Shown here: in pieces, positions 9,347 to 18,535 of the stretch | Numbering within the stretch: the stretch's first letter is position 1 | How the letters are laid out: every line of letters begins with the position of its first letter | NCBI GenBank assembly: GCA_965227295.1 | Contig: OZ245742.1 | Location: forward strand, 192,001 to 256,000 | DNA: 64,000 nt | Direction of reading: 5' to 3' | Origin: Leptonemataceae bacterium | GTDB taxonomy: Bacteria > Spirochaetota > Leptospiria > Leptospirales > Leptonemataceae | Translations under genes and position numbers: made by a program | The notes under the pieces: generated by a model | The model's input: only the letters and a program-made list of their open reading frames with translations | What the model was told of the DNA's origin: nothing | The model's database searches: none

Positions 9347-10354
9347 ATGGAAGTCAGTGCAGACATCGACGAAGAGTCGCCGGATCGCCGCCAGGTCATC
9401 CTCCTGGTGGAAGATGATCCGGACCAGCGCGTGCTCTTCGAACGTCAACTGGCGGACGAGGGTTACGACTGCCTGGCCGCGGAAGACGGGGCGCGGGCCC
9501 TGGAACTATTCGCCGAACATGAACCGGTATTAGTTTTACTTGATATGATGTTACCGGACACCCACGGCATTCGGGTGCTCCGGGACATCCGGGAAAAATC
9601 CGGCGACGTGCCGGTGATTATGGTCTCCTCCGTGGACGATACGCCGCGCATTCTCGAAGCTTTCGACACCGGCGCCGACGATTACATCACCAAACCGGTG
9701 AACGTACCGCTGCTCTTCGCGCGCATTCGCAATCAACTGCGTCGCACCGGTCGCCGCGGCGCCGTGCGTGTAAACCGGGAGGCCCCGGCGAAACCGAGCG
9801 CCGGGGTGAGCGAACTCCAGGACGGTGAATCCTACATGGTCACGTTCTTGTACGTGTACTTGAAGTTAAGCCGCTCGCTCACGGCCTCGCGCGAAGACAG
9901 CCGCATTGCCGCGCTCATTGAACGCATTTTTGATTTGTTCACCGAAACCGCGGCGCGGAACGGCGGTCGCAACTGGTCTCGCCAGGACGACGCGTGTCTC
10001 TACGCCTTTCCCGCTTCGCCCGAAGATAACGCCGCCGCGATCCTCGCCGCCATCGAAGTACTCACGCTCACGAACATGTACTACATGCTGGAAGGCCTCG
10101 CCCCGGACTTTCTGTCCGTGCACACCGCCCTCGACGCCGGCCAGGTCGTATACCGCGACGACACCTCTTCGATTTACAACGAGGCGTTGAATCGCTGCGC
10201 CCACGTCGCCCGGCACACCACGAATCGCAAAGGCGGCGGCGCGTTGTGGATTTCAGAGAAGGTGTTCGATGAATCGCACGTAAAAGTACGGCGGTACTTC
10301 CGGCCGATCTTTACCGAGGACGGGCACTCGGTGTACGAGTATCGGTTTCCCTGA
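9347..10354 (+). CDS. Response regulator with degenerate cyclase-like output domain
   Basis: Receiver LLVEDD, LLDMMLP, MVSS, ITKP; C-terminal RQDDACLY, HTALDAGQV, ALNRCAH resemble class III cyclase fold. Confidence 0.75.
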   Translation: MEVSADIDEESPDRRQVILLVEDDPDQRVLFERQLADEGYDCLAAEDGARALELFAEHEPVLVLLDMMLPDTHGIRVLRDIREKSGDVPVIMVSSVDDTPRILEAFDTGADDYITKPVNVPLLFARIRNQLRRTGRRGAVRVNREAPAKPSAGVSELQDGESYMVTFLYVYLKLSRSLTASREDSRIAALIERIFDLFTETAARNGGRNWSRQDDACLYAFPASPEDNAAAILAAIEVLTLTNMYYMLEGLAPDFLSVHTALDAGQVVYRDDTSSIYNEALNRCAHVARHTTNRKGGGALWISEKVFDESHVKVRRYFRPIFTEDGHSVYEYRFP

Positions 10355-10369
10355 GGGGGCTATGAGCGC

Positions 10370-11242
10370 ATGAACTCAACACCTTCTGTAAAAGATACGA
10401 CACGCTCCACGGCATCCATTATTGGCGAAGTATTGGCCCGCGTATTCCGTCAGGCCCCAACCCTAGTCCTATTCGTAGTCGGAACGATTGCAGCCGCGAT
10501 CTATGCTGCTGCAACGTCGCCTTATACCACGACGATTATTCTTTCCCTTATCGTAGGATTCCTATCGTTTCAGATATACAGAAAGACGGATAATTACGCG
10601 GAGTCATTTCTAACATTCGTTTTAGGAATATTAGCGATCTATTCAATTTCTTGGACCCAGGTTCTCGCAATCATATTTGCGACGACATTTGCACTATTCA
10701 CTGTGCTTTTCTTCCTCAGATCTTCGGTAAAAGTCGCCGCCACGATTGAATGGAATCTCAGCCAGGCTCACAACTTTGTGACCGTTCAGGAGCCAGCTGT
10801 GACGCAGAAGGATTTGCAGAAAATTGTGACCCAATCAACGGGTTTCGGACAATTGTCCCCGGCAGAAAGATCATACTCGATTCGATATTTTGCGTTTCTC
10901 GGAGTCTCAATCAAAGACATGCCCCTGGCGTTGCACGCTGTAGAAGGGTTCAAGTCCTTGCTCAATCTTACACTCGAGGAGTCCTTACGCCTCTTTCGAG
11001 TAATGCGCAATATTCTAATTTACAGTGAACAGAGAAGTTTGGAGAATAGGGATCTTGATGCACTCTTTCAATGTGCATGCAGGGCAAATCTACTTCCCGA
11101 TGAAATTCTCGTAATCCTTGATGAGTGGCAAGGCACACTTATCGAAAACAAGATCGGCCTTTCCAAAGCTTTGGAACGGATAGCTATGCTAACCCAGAGA
11201 GGCTATGTCTTACGTTCCCTAAAAGATTACGATTTGCATTAA
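10370..11242 (+). CDS. Low-GC hypothetical membrane protein
   Basis: 290-aa ORF with about four N-terminal hydrophobic helices; base composition far more AT-rich than neighbours. Confidence 0.7.
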   Translation: MNSTPSVKDTTRSTASIIGEVLARVFRQAPTLVLFVVGTIAAAIYAAATSPYTTTIILSLIVGFLSFQIYRKTDNYAESFLTFVLGILAIYSISWTQVLAIIFATTFALFTVLFFLRSSVKVAATIEWNLSQAHNFVTVQEPAVTQKDLQKIVTQSTGFGQLSPAERSYSIRYFAFLGVSIKDMPLALHAVEGFKSLLNLTLEESLRLFRVMRNILIYSEQRSLENRDLDALFQCACRANLLPDEILVILDEWQGTLIENKIGLSKALERIAMLTQRGYVLRSLKDYDLH

Positions 11243-11462
11243 GGTCTTAAAGGAACCTGATCACGGCGACACAGCAGCGCTGGCACAAACCCCACGGCGC
11301 CTCTCACCCCGGGTAGAGCTTTACCTGTCCGGTAAGGCACGCGCCAGGGAAGTACAGCCCGACCACGGGCATCATCACGAAATCGGCAACAAGTCCCACG
11401 GGCGTGAGAAGGCCCTGAAGAGCCAGGGCTCCCGGCTTAATATCGCGCACCGGCTCGCGACA

Positions 11463-11834
11463 TCACTCAATGTTATAAGCCAGCAGCGTGATACCCGCGG
11501 CGATCATCACAATGCCGACGATCTGTAACGACGACAGGTGTTCGCGCAGATAGTACACCGAGAACAGCGAGATAATGAGAAAGCCGCCGCTGGTCATGAT
11601 GGGATAGGCGATGGAAAGATTGATGCGACGCAGCGCGACGATGTAAAACAACACGTTCGACGCAAACAGGATGAGGCCGATCATCAGATACGGATTCAGC
11701 GCGACGGTAAGGAGCTTGTCCACCGTGCTGAGTTCGGCCATGGGCGTCTCTTCGAGCTTAGTGGCGCCGAGTTTCATTAAGATGTTGGCGGAAGCATTGA
11801 AGAGCAGCGCCACAACAAGAAAGACGTATCCCAT
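11463..11834 (-). CDS. SMR/DMT-family small membrane transporter
   Basis: 123 aa, four TM helices, INLSIAYP and IVGIVMIAAGITLL motifs. Confidence 0.82.
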   Translation of the reverse strand: MGYVFLVVALLFNASANILMKLGATKLEETPMAELSTVDKLLTVALNPYLMIGLILFASNVLFYIVALRRINLSIAYPIMTSGGFLIISLFSVYYLREHLSSLQIVGIVMIAAGITLLAYNIE

Positions 11835-11887
11835 GAATGCGATTTTCCCGGGCGCGGATTATCCGTCCACCAAAATGGAAGCGTCGT

Positions 11888-12604
11888 TCAGAGGACGCCC
11901 GCCGTGGGCCCTTCAATCAACAGATAAAAGAACGCCAGCGCCCCGGTGTAGATGAACATCACGGCAAAGGCCGAGACGATCTTCCGCAGGCCGCCGTAGG
12001 GTTCCACCAGGCGATAGGCCGTCCACAGCGCCGCGCCCAGTACGAGTTCGGCGCACATTACATAGACGGCAATGTGCAGGATCACCCACACGTCCTCGGT
12101 GGCGTACCAGATCGGCAGCATCCACAGCGTGGCCTCGGACGTGCCGAAAATCACGACGGTGAGCAGCAGCACCACGACATAGACCGATGCCGGCGTAAGA
12201 CGTTTACGCAAACGCCAGGCGGTGAAGACGATGAGATTGAACGGGATCACCCACATCAACGCCATGAAAGCCGGCACGGTACCGATGAACGGAAAGCCGG
12301 TATCCGGAAAGACAAGGACGCCCAGCACCTGCGAAAGAAACCAGTCCGGAAAGATCTGCAGCAACGAGATGGGGAACGTAAAGGTCCAGATGTCCGTCCA
12401 GCGCCGGTGATCGAGGCGCCGGCCCAGCAGCGGCAACGCCACGTTATAAATGACGAGCAATGCAAAGATGCGCGGGCCCAGCTCCAGGCCCAGGGGAAAA
12501 ATGAGCGCCAGGGCGACAAGAACGCCGAAACCCAGGTGCACGAGAATAAAATCCCGCTCCGTGGGTTTGAGGATGGGAGACTGCTTAGTTTTTCCTTTCG
12601 ACAT
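11888..12604 (-). CDS. Multi-pass membrane protein of unknown function
   Basis: About seven hydrophobic segments; QIFPDWFL..VLGVLVFPD motif; ATG at 12604. Confidence 0.75.
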   Translation of the reverse strand: MSKGKTKQSPILKPTERDFILVHLGFGVLVALALIFPLGLELGPRIFALLVIYNVALPLLGRRLDHRRWTDIWTFTFPISLLQIFPDWFLSQVLGVLVFPDTGFPFIGTVPAFMALMWVIPFNLIVFTAWRLRKRLTPASVYVVVLLLTVVIFGTSEATLWMLPIWYATEDVWVILHIAVYVMCAELVLGAALWTAYRLVEPYGGLRKIVSAFAVMFIYTGALAFFYLLIEGPTAGVL

Positions 12605-12610
12605 ATTTCT

Positions 12611-12720
12611 ACTCCGAGGACCGAGACTCCGAGATGTATTGGCGAAGGCGATCATACGCCGAACGCGCTGAAGCGACTCGCGCTCTCCGAAAAAACCTCG
12701 GTACCTCGGTCCTCGGAGTC
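12611..12720. repeat. Intergenic inverted-repeat element (ACTCCGAGGACCGAG family), copy 1
   Basis: actccgaggaccgagactccgaga at 12611 faces cctcggtacctcggtcctcggagtc at 12696-12720. Confidence 0.8.
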
Positions 12721-12729
12721 AAGCTTACC

Positions 12730-13896
12730 TCAAGTCACCGCAAATTGCGGCACCGATCCCGCCGCGAAGTTGCGCAGTTTCATCAGAGACTCCTCACTCG
12801 AACCGCGACCGATACGCAGGCCCACCGCAGTGTAACTCTCTTTTTTCGCAACGTTACGTACAGTGCAAGAAAACGTGTGCCGCTCGCCTGGTTCTATATC
12901 AAACGAAAACGTCAGCTTCGAACCGCGGCGCAGCACTTCCTCGGGCAAAGCGCCGTGCAGGGTAATCCGACAGCCCCGGCCGTCCTGGGAAATGTCCAGC
13001 ATCACCTCTTTCGCCGAGACCTTCACCCACTGCGGCGTCAGGCCCATCTCCATATCAAAGACCAGGTCCTCCGCGCGGTTACGCAGATAGTTCATCATCA
13101 ACCGCAACGGTCCCGGATTATCCCACGGCGAAGCCAGCTCAGGCACGCCGAAACCGGCCATGGTCGATCGAAGCTTCATGTACCCCATGATGTTACCGGC
13201 CTGATCCGGAAAGGGGTAGAGCACTTCGGCGCGCACACTTTCGCGGGTTTGCTTCATGAAGAAAGCGTCCAGCTTTCCGGCCTCCAGCTCACTGAGCGGG
13301 TTCGCAAAACCTTCTAACGTACACACAGTTTTCTTTAAGGCGTCGATGACATACAGCGGCTGCCCGGCGCTCTCCACGGCCAGGAATACAGGATGGTCCT
13401 GATTATAGAAAAACGCGATCTCAATGTCGGAGACCATGCAACCGTAGGAGTTCATTTCTTTCATGAGGAACATGCGCATGGCCTGGCAGGCCTGAGCGAT
13501 GCCCGAGGTCTTCCCGTACAGCGCAATGCTCGACGCAATGTCCACCGGCGGCGCCACCGAAACGTCGCGCACAATGCGGCGCTCCGTGCTGATTTCCACC
13601 ACGCGGTCCGCCGTGCGTTCCGTGGCTTCCAGCACCACGTCCTTCGCGGAGTACAGCGCGGTTCCCGCATCCAGGCTGCTCAGCCGCAACCGCAGACGAT
13701 TCTCTTTGAACTCAAAGCTGACGTCCTCACCGTCTACGGCTCGCGACATGCGCACCAGTACGGCGTCGCCCATGTTGTTCTGTCCGTCCACGGAAAGGAT
13801 GGAGATGTCCCCGCCCGCATCCCGGCCGGGGCGACCCATGGCCTTCGTAAGGCTGCGCACCACGGTTTGTCGATCCGTCAGACGATAGGCTTTCAT
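12730..13896 (-). CDS. Hypothetical protein with probable C-terminal PilZ-like domain
   Basis: Long ORF, ATG 13896; C-terminal MLDISQDGRGCRI (DxSxxG-like) and AVGLRI. Confidence 0.6.
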   Translation of the reverse strand: MKAYRLTDRQTVVRSLTKAMGRPGRDAGGDISILSVDGQNNMGDAVLVRMSRAVDGEDVSFEFKENRLRLRLSSLDAGTALYSAKDVVLEATERTADRVVEISTERRIVRDVSVAPPVDIASSIALYGKTSGIAQACQAMRMFLMKEMNSYGCMVSDIEIAFFYNQDHPVFLAVESAGQPLYVIDALKKTVCTLEGFANPLSELEAGKLDAFFMKQTRESVRAEVLYPFPDQAGNIMGYMKLRSTMAGFGVPELASPWDNPGPLRLMMNYLRNRAEDLVFDMEMGLTPQWVKVSAKEVMLDISQDGRGCRITLHGALPEEVLRRGSKLTFSFDIEPGERHTFSCTVRNVAKKESYTAVGLRIGRGSSEESLMKLRNFAAGSVPQFAVT

Positions 13897-13927
13897 AACA
13901 TTCCCCAGGCACAAATTAGCGAACCGG

Positions 13928-15550
13928 TTATTCGCCGTAGTCGCCGATTAAAAAATCCGTCGCGTCCACAATCTCGTAGCGCTTCTCCCGCAACCGGCGG
14001 ACCTCGCTGCCTCGAACCAATTCCGCGAAGAAGTCGCCGATCCAGTACAGGGCATTCTTCAGTTGCTGGCCGTAAAACACCGAAAAACGCCAGAGCCGCG
14101 GCATGAGCACCGCTGCCGCCGCACCGGCGACGGCGGCGATGGCGTTCCAGTGCCCGGCCACGAGATCGGCCGGCTGCGGAAACGTGAACAGCGCGCGCAG
14201 TGCCGAACTCACGGCCTCCCCGGCGAACAGTGCAAGACCCAGGGCGACGCCCACACCGACCAGGGGATAGACAAACAAAGCCGTCACCGTCGCGGCGATC
14301 ATGGCCTGCTCGTCGCCGTCGACCTTCGGTCGTTTCTGAATATCGATCACCGAGTAGCGCATGAACCGCCCGGCCATACGCGGCAAAAAGTTCGTAACGT
14401 AACCGGCAAGCAGGACCGGAGACAGCAGCAGTCCCTGAAACAACACGCGCGTGAAGTACCCCAGTTCGGCCCAGGTATGTTCCCGACGAATCAGGGCGTC
14501 GCGCAAACCTGAACTGCGCAAATCTTTACGATACTGCACGATGGTACGCCGCAGTTTTTCCAGGCGCTCGCGACCGCGGTCCGTGCGCGACGCGCCCACG
14601 ACGGTGTCGGCGAGGATCTTACTCAGCCGGTACTTCTCGCGAATGTTACCGAACGGTCCCATGTACTTCGCCGGCGTGAGCGCGTACACCGCCGTGGTAT
14701 CGTCGATGAGATCCACCAGGTGTTTGTCCGGAATGGAGATGATGATGTCTTCGATATCCCGGGTAATGCGTTCCTTGCCGGCCACCATAAGTTTCTTTTC
14801 GATCTGGGAACGCTCGGACTCCGACAGCGCGAGAAAGTCGTCGGGCACGTCGGCAATGAGGTTCTTGAGTTTGACCGGCTTGCCGAAGATCACGCAAACC
14901 GAGGACTGAAACTTGTTAATGCGCGAGTAGTAAAATCCGTACGGCACCAACTGCAGGTTCAGGTTGAAGTTGAATTCCTTCTCGGCCTGCAGGGCGATGT
15001 ACATAAAGCCCAGCTTGAGTTTGTTCAACTTGCGCGAGTCCGTGGAGCGGCCTTCCACGAAGATGTTGAACAATCGCCCGCGCACCAACAGCTCCACGGA
15101 TTCTCGCAGCGAGTCCTCGTTTTGTTTGCGGCGGTCTTCCTCGGAAATGTCGCCGTCGTTGTGGTCCATGCGCCGGCTGATCGGCACCATCAACATGTGA
15201 TGGCGCAGGATCGGTCCCAGCAGCGGCCAGTTGGTAATGGTGTCCTTGGCCGCGGTGGCCATGGGATGGCGGATGACGTTCAGTAAATTAAAGTAATCCA
15301 GAAACGAGTTCGGATGATTGCCCACGAGCAGTACGGAGCCGTCCGGCGGAATGTTCTCGAGGCCGATGGCCCGAATCTCCCGGTGCTGGGTGCGGATGGC
15401 CGCGCGGAAGAACGCGCGAATGAGAAAGAACAACGGCTTCGCCTTGCGGCGCAGAGAATCGATGCCGTAGTACGTGCGGGACCGCGGGCGTTCCTCAGCA
15501 GGACGTCGGAAGAAGCGACCGATGAGCGGGAGCTGGCTGACAGGATTCAA
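13928..15550 (-). CDS. PlsC-family glycerolipid acyltransferase with C-terminal TM region
   Basis: GNHPNSFLD (HxxxxD), IFVEGRS block, VPYGFYY; hydrophobic C-terminus. Confidence 0.85.
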   Translation of the reverse strand: MNPVSQLPLIGRFFRRPAEERPRSRTYYGIDSLRRKAKPLFFLIRAFFRAAIRTQHREIRAIGLENIPPDGSVLLVGNHPNSFLDYFNLLNVIRHPMATAAKDTITNWPLLGPILRHHMLMVPISRRMDHNDGDISEEDRRKQNEDSLRESVELLVRGRLFNIFVEGRSTDSRKLNKLKLGFMYIALQAEKEFNFNLNLQLVPYGFYYSRINKFQSSVCVIFGKPVKLKNLIADVPDDFLALSESERSQIEKKLMVAGKERITRDIEDIIISIPDKHLVDLIDDTTAVYALTPAKYMGPFGNIREKYRLSKILADTVVGASRTDRGRERLEKLRRTIVQYRKDLRSSGLRDALIRREHTWAELGYFTRVLFQGLLLSPVLLAGYVTNFLPRMAGRFMRYSVIDIQKRPKVDGDEQAMIAATVTALFVYPLVGVGVALGLALFAGEAVSSALRALFTFPQPADLVAGHWNAIAAVAGAAAAVLMPRLWRFSVFYGQQLKNALYWIGDFFAELVRGSEVRRLREKRYEIVDATDFLIGDYGE

Positions 15551-16005
15551 GTGATTGTTTCGACGCTCTCCCCCAGTTCGGCGAGCAGCGTGTGTATGTA
15601 TGCTCGATCGAAGAGGCCCGGGTGCGGGAGCGTCAGTTTCTCCGTGTTCAAGGTTAACGCGCCATAGGTCAGGATGTCCAGATCGATTTCCCTCGGACCC
15701 TTGCGAAAACGACGCTGCCGGCCGAGCCGCTGCTCCGTTTCGAGCAGGAAATCGAGGAGTTCCAGGGGCGAAAGATCGCTCTCCACCTCGACGATCTGGT
15801 TCAAAAAATCATCCTGCTCCTCGTAGAGAATCGCCGGGTTCTCGTAAACCGACGAACAACGCACGACGTGCATCCGTGGATGCCGTTCCAGGGCCTGACG
15901 GGCCCGGTGTAGGAACTCCTCGCGATTCCCGACGTTGGAGCCCAGGGACAAAAAGGCCGGCAACCGTTCGCCGGCCGGGTTCCGGCCGCTCGCGTCCCCG
16001 CTCAC
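15547..16005 (-). CDS. folK: 2-amino-4-hydroxy-6-hydroxymethyldihydropteridine diphosphokinase
   Basis: LSLGSNVG, FLNQIV, E..LGR.R...GPREIDLDIL, LPHP; GTG 16005 overlaps the upstream stop (GTGA). Confidence 0.93.
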   Translation of the reverse strand: MSGDASGRNPAGERLPAFLSLGSNVGNREEFLHRARQALERHPRMHVVRCSSVYENPAILYEEQDDFLNQIVEVESDLSPLELLDFLLETEQRLGRQRRFRKGPREIDLDILTYGALTLNTEKLTLPHPGLFDRAYIHTLLAELGESVETIT

Positions 16006-16952
16006 GGTCGTCCCGGCAGGCTCTCGCCGGCCTGGAGCCGAAAGTCCGGGGCGTCGATATGGTGCTCCTCGCACATCTCCCGCAGGCGCGAGTAGATCCG
16101 ACCGCCGGAGATCTCTTTCCAGGACTCCATGCGTTCGTTCGAGGTGATGATCGTCAGCAGGTTGTTCTCGTAGCGCGCGTCAATGAGGTCGTAGAGGACC
16201 TGGTTGACCCAGTCGGTCTCCCGGTGGACGCCGAAGTCGTCGATGACCAGGGCCGGCACCGTGGCCAGTTCTTGCTCAATGCGCCGCCCCTCCCCGTAGG
16301 ATTCGCCGTTGGGATTGAAAGAGGCCCGCAGCTTGCCCAGGATGTCCCGGCTGATCTTCGCGTAGCGCACGGGCAGTTGGTAAAAGCGCATGAGTTCGTT
16401 GAGGAGCGCACAGGACAGCAGGGTCTTCCCGGAACCGGTCCCGCCATGCAGGTACAACCCGCGCGAGAAGGCCCCGGCGGCGTAGGCGACAATGATCTGG
16501 TGGGCGCTGGACGCCGCCACGGTCAGCGAAAGATGCTCTTCTTCGTAGCGAATGTCGTCCAGGAACCGCCCGTTGTAGCGCCCGGGAATGCCCGACCGCC
16601 GCTCTATTATTGGAAGTTTTTCGAGGGCAATGTGCGCCCGCCGGGCCGGACACGGGTGCAGCGCCCGGCTCGCCTGATCGTAAAATTCGTACGGCGGCTT
16701 TGCCGTGGCTTGCTCCGGATCCGGCAGGTGTTCGGTGCACCGGCAGATCTTCCGCTGGCAGCGGCAGAGCACATAGCCCCCCGGATCCCCGCGGCGCGAC
16801 GAATGATCGTAGACCACGCCGAGATCCTCGCAGATCGGGCAGGTAGCCTTCGGTCCCAGGCTGCCCGGCGTCGATTCGCCGGACTGATTCCGGGCCGCCC
16901 GGATCTCCTGGGCCATGGCCGTAAAAAAGCTGGTTTGCTGGATGGTTTGCAT
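16002..16952 (-). CDS. DnaC/IstB-like AAA+ ATPase with Cys-rich N-terminus
   Basis: Walker A GGTGSGKT, Walker B LVIDDFG, LIDARY, TIITSN, RIYSRLREMC; CPIC...CRC...CRC...CP. Confidence 0.85.
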   Translation of the reverse strand: MQTIQQTSFFTAMAQEIRAARNQSGESTPGSLGPKATCPICEDLGVVYDHSSRRGDPGGYVLCRCQRKICRCTEHLPDPEQATAKPPYEFYDQASRALHPCPARRAHIALEKLPIIERRSGIPGRYNGRFLDDIRYEEEHLSLTVAASSAHQIIVAYAAGAFSRGLYLHGGTGSGKTLLSCALLNELMRFYQLPVRYAKISRDILGKLRASFNPNGESYGEGRRIEQELATVPALVIDDFGVHRETDWVNQVLYDLIDARYENNLLTIITSNERMESWKEISGGRIYSRLREMCEEHHIDAPDFRLQAGESLPGRP

Positions 16953-16968
16953 ACGTATTTCAGCTCTT

Positions 16969-17220
16969 GCGCCAGGGATGCGGAGGGGGCCGCGCAGCGG
17001 CCGACTCGCCGAAGGCGAGGCCGAGCGGAGCGAGCCCGGAGCAGCCCGACCGCCACGCAGTGGCGGGGGCGCCCAAAAAGATTATCTTCCGTACAATTCA
17101 GGACTTATTTTTTGGGCGTTCCCCTCGCTTCGCTCGGGTCGGGCTGCTACGGGCTCCGCCTTCGGCTTCGGTCTTCGCTGCGCGAAGACTCGCTTCGCGA
17201 CCCTTCGCATCCCTAACGCG
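16969..17220. repeat. REPIN-like structured element: two diverged ~110-nt arms in inverted orientation, built from GNA-triloop hairpins
   Basis: Left arm agggatgcg...gagcccggagcagcccgacc...cgcccaaaaa; reverse complement of right arm agggatgcg...gagcccgtagcagcccgacc...cgcccaaaaa. Confidence 0.8.
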
Positions 17221-17482
17221 AAGAGTTTATGTCCCTTTCCCGCGCACGGATGCAACAAAAATACGTCAAAACGCGTCAAATTCACCGTAGACCCCGTTTG
17301 GCGGGGATATCCACGAAATAATCCTTGCTTTTCCTCTGGTTTTTCGCGGAAAATTCCCGGAGAGCCGCAGAAATTTGACACGTTGTGTTGATTCCGTCGC
17401 TTATATCACCGATACAAATTCTGAAGCGGCGAAAATACGCCGTTCGTGAGCGAAACCTCGTCTGAATAAGAAGGTGCAGATA

Positions 17483-18400
17483 ATGAAACAACTGACGTTC
17501 CTGATTTTAAGTCTGATCGTGACCGCCCCCCTGATGGCCCAGGGCGGCCAGGGACCGCAGGGAACCGGCCAGCAGAACTATACGAACCCGGCCAACCCGA
17601 CTCCGTACGAAGCGACCCCCGGTGAACTGGTCTCTGAAGAAGTAGACCTGAACCAGCTGACCCCCGAGCAAAAAGTCATCCGCGACCGTAACTTACGCGC
17701 GGAAGAACTCTGGAAAAACGCGGACTACCGCGATTACAACAAGGCGTTCGCCGAACTGCATCAGCTTTCGCGTGCGTTCGCCAACAACAAGTATCGCCTG
17801 GCCCTGTCGGCCTACCAGTCCGGCGTAAACACGATCATCAAAATGCGCGACGAAGTGGAACTGTTCCGCAAGCAGTCGTCCGAAGCGAAGTACCTCAACG
17901 AAAAGTGGTACTGGCAGATCGTAGACCGGAAAGCGCGTGAAGAGCGGCAAATCAACCGCAAGAAGCGCACGGCGAAACTCGAAGCGGTGACCTACTTTAC
18001 CCGGGCCATCAACCACCTCGACGAAATCCGGAACCCGGACCTTCGCGAAAAGCCGGCCTTCAAGCGCCTGCTCTCCGCGGTCTACCGGAACTGGGTGATG
18101 TATCAGTTCGACCTGGGCAACCTGCCGCAGTGCATCCCGATCCTCGAACTCTACATCGAGATCGACGAGAACGAGAAGGAGTATCCGGCGCACAAGTATC
18201 TGGCGCAGTGCTACGCCTTCCAGGAAATGATGATCAAGAAGTACGGCGTGGGCACCGAAGACCAGATGTTCCGCTTCCGTTACAAGAAGAACGTGCATTT
18301 ACTCCGTGCGGCCGAACTGAAATACGGTAAGGAATCCGCCGAATACAAGCACGTTGTGAACCTGGTGAACCGCGACGAGATCATCTCGGTCCAACCGTAA
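17483..18400 (+). CDS. fcpA: Flagellar coiling protein A
   Basis: Signal peptide; [62 protein letters not shown] match recalled Leptospira FcpA; AGAAGGT RBS. Confidence 0.92.
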   Translation: MKQLTFLILSLIVTAPLMAQGGQGPQGTGQQNYTNPANPTPYEATPGELVSEEVDLNQLTPEQKVIRDRNLRAEELWKNADYRDYNKAFAELHQLSRAFANNKYRLALSAYQSGVNTIIKMRDEVELFRKQSSEAKYLNEKWYWQIVDRKAREERQINRKKRTAKLEAVTYFTRAINHLDEIRNPDLREKPAFKRLLSAVYRNWVMYQFDLGNLPQCIPILELYIEIDENEKEYPAHKYLAQCYAFQEMMIKKYGVGTEDQMFRFRYKKNVHLLRAAELKYGKESAEYKHVVNLVNRDEIISVQP

Positions 18401-18438
18401 CAACTACCAAACACCACTTATTCAGAGGGTGACAAACG

Positions 18439-18471
18439 AACCCGGCGCCGGAAAACGGCGCCGGGTTTTTT
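18439..18471 (+). terminator. Rho-independent terminator of fcpA
   Basis: Stem aacccggcgccg / cggcgccgggtt, loop gaaaa, T-run. Confidence 0.88.
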
Positions 18472-18535
18472 GGTATATGTTTAGTTGTGCACTGTGCCCG
18501 GCGGGCGGGAGGTTCACTGGAATGCACGACGAATC

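Noticed and set aside
15555-17216. 553-aa plus-strand ORF
   Set aside because: Antisense shadow of folK and the DnaC-like gene that runs through the repeat element; Arg/Pro-rich with no motifs.
16002-17220. IS21-family element (IstB-like ATPase next to inverted repeats)
   Set aside because: No IstA DDE transposase, the repeats do not flank the gene, and the gene is coupled to folK.
17370-17420. Sigma-70 or sigma-28 promoter for fcpA (TTGACA at 17375; CCGATAC at 17409)
   Set aside because: Neither element has a convincing partner box at the correct spacing.
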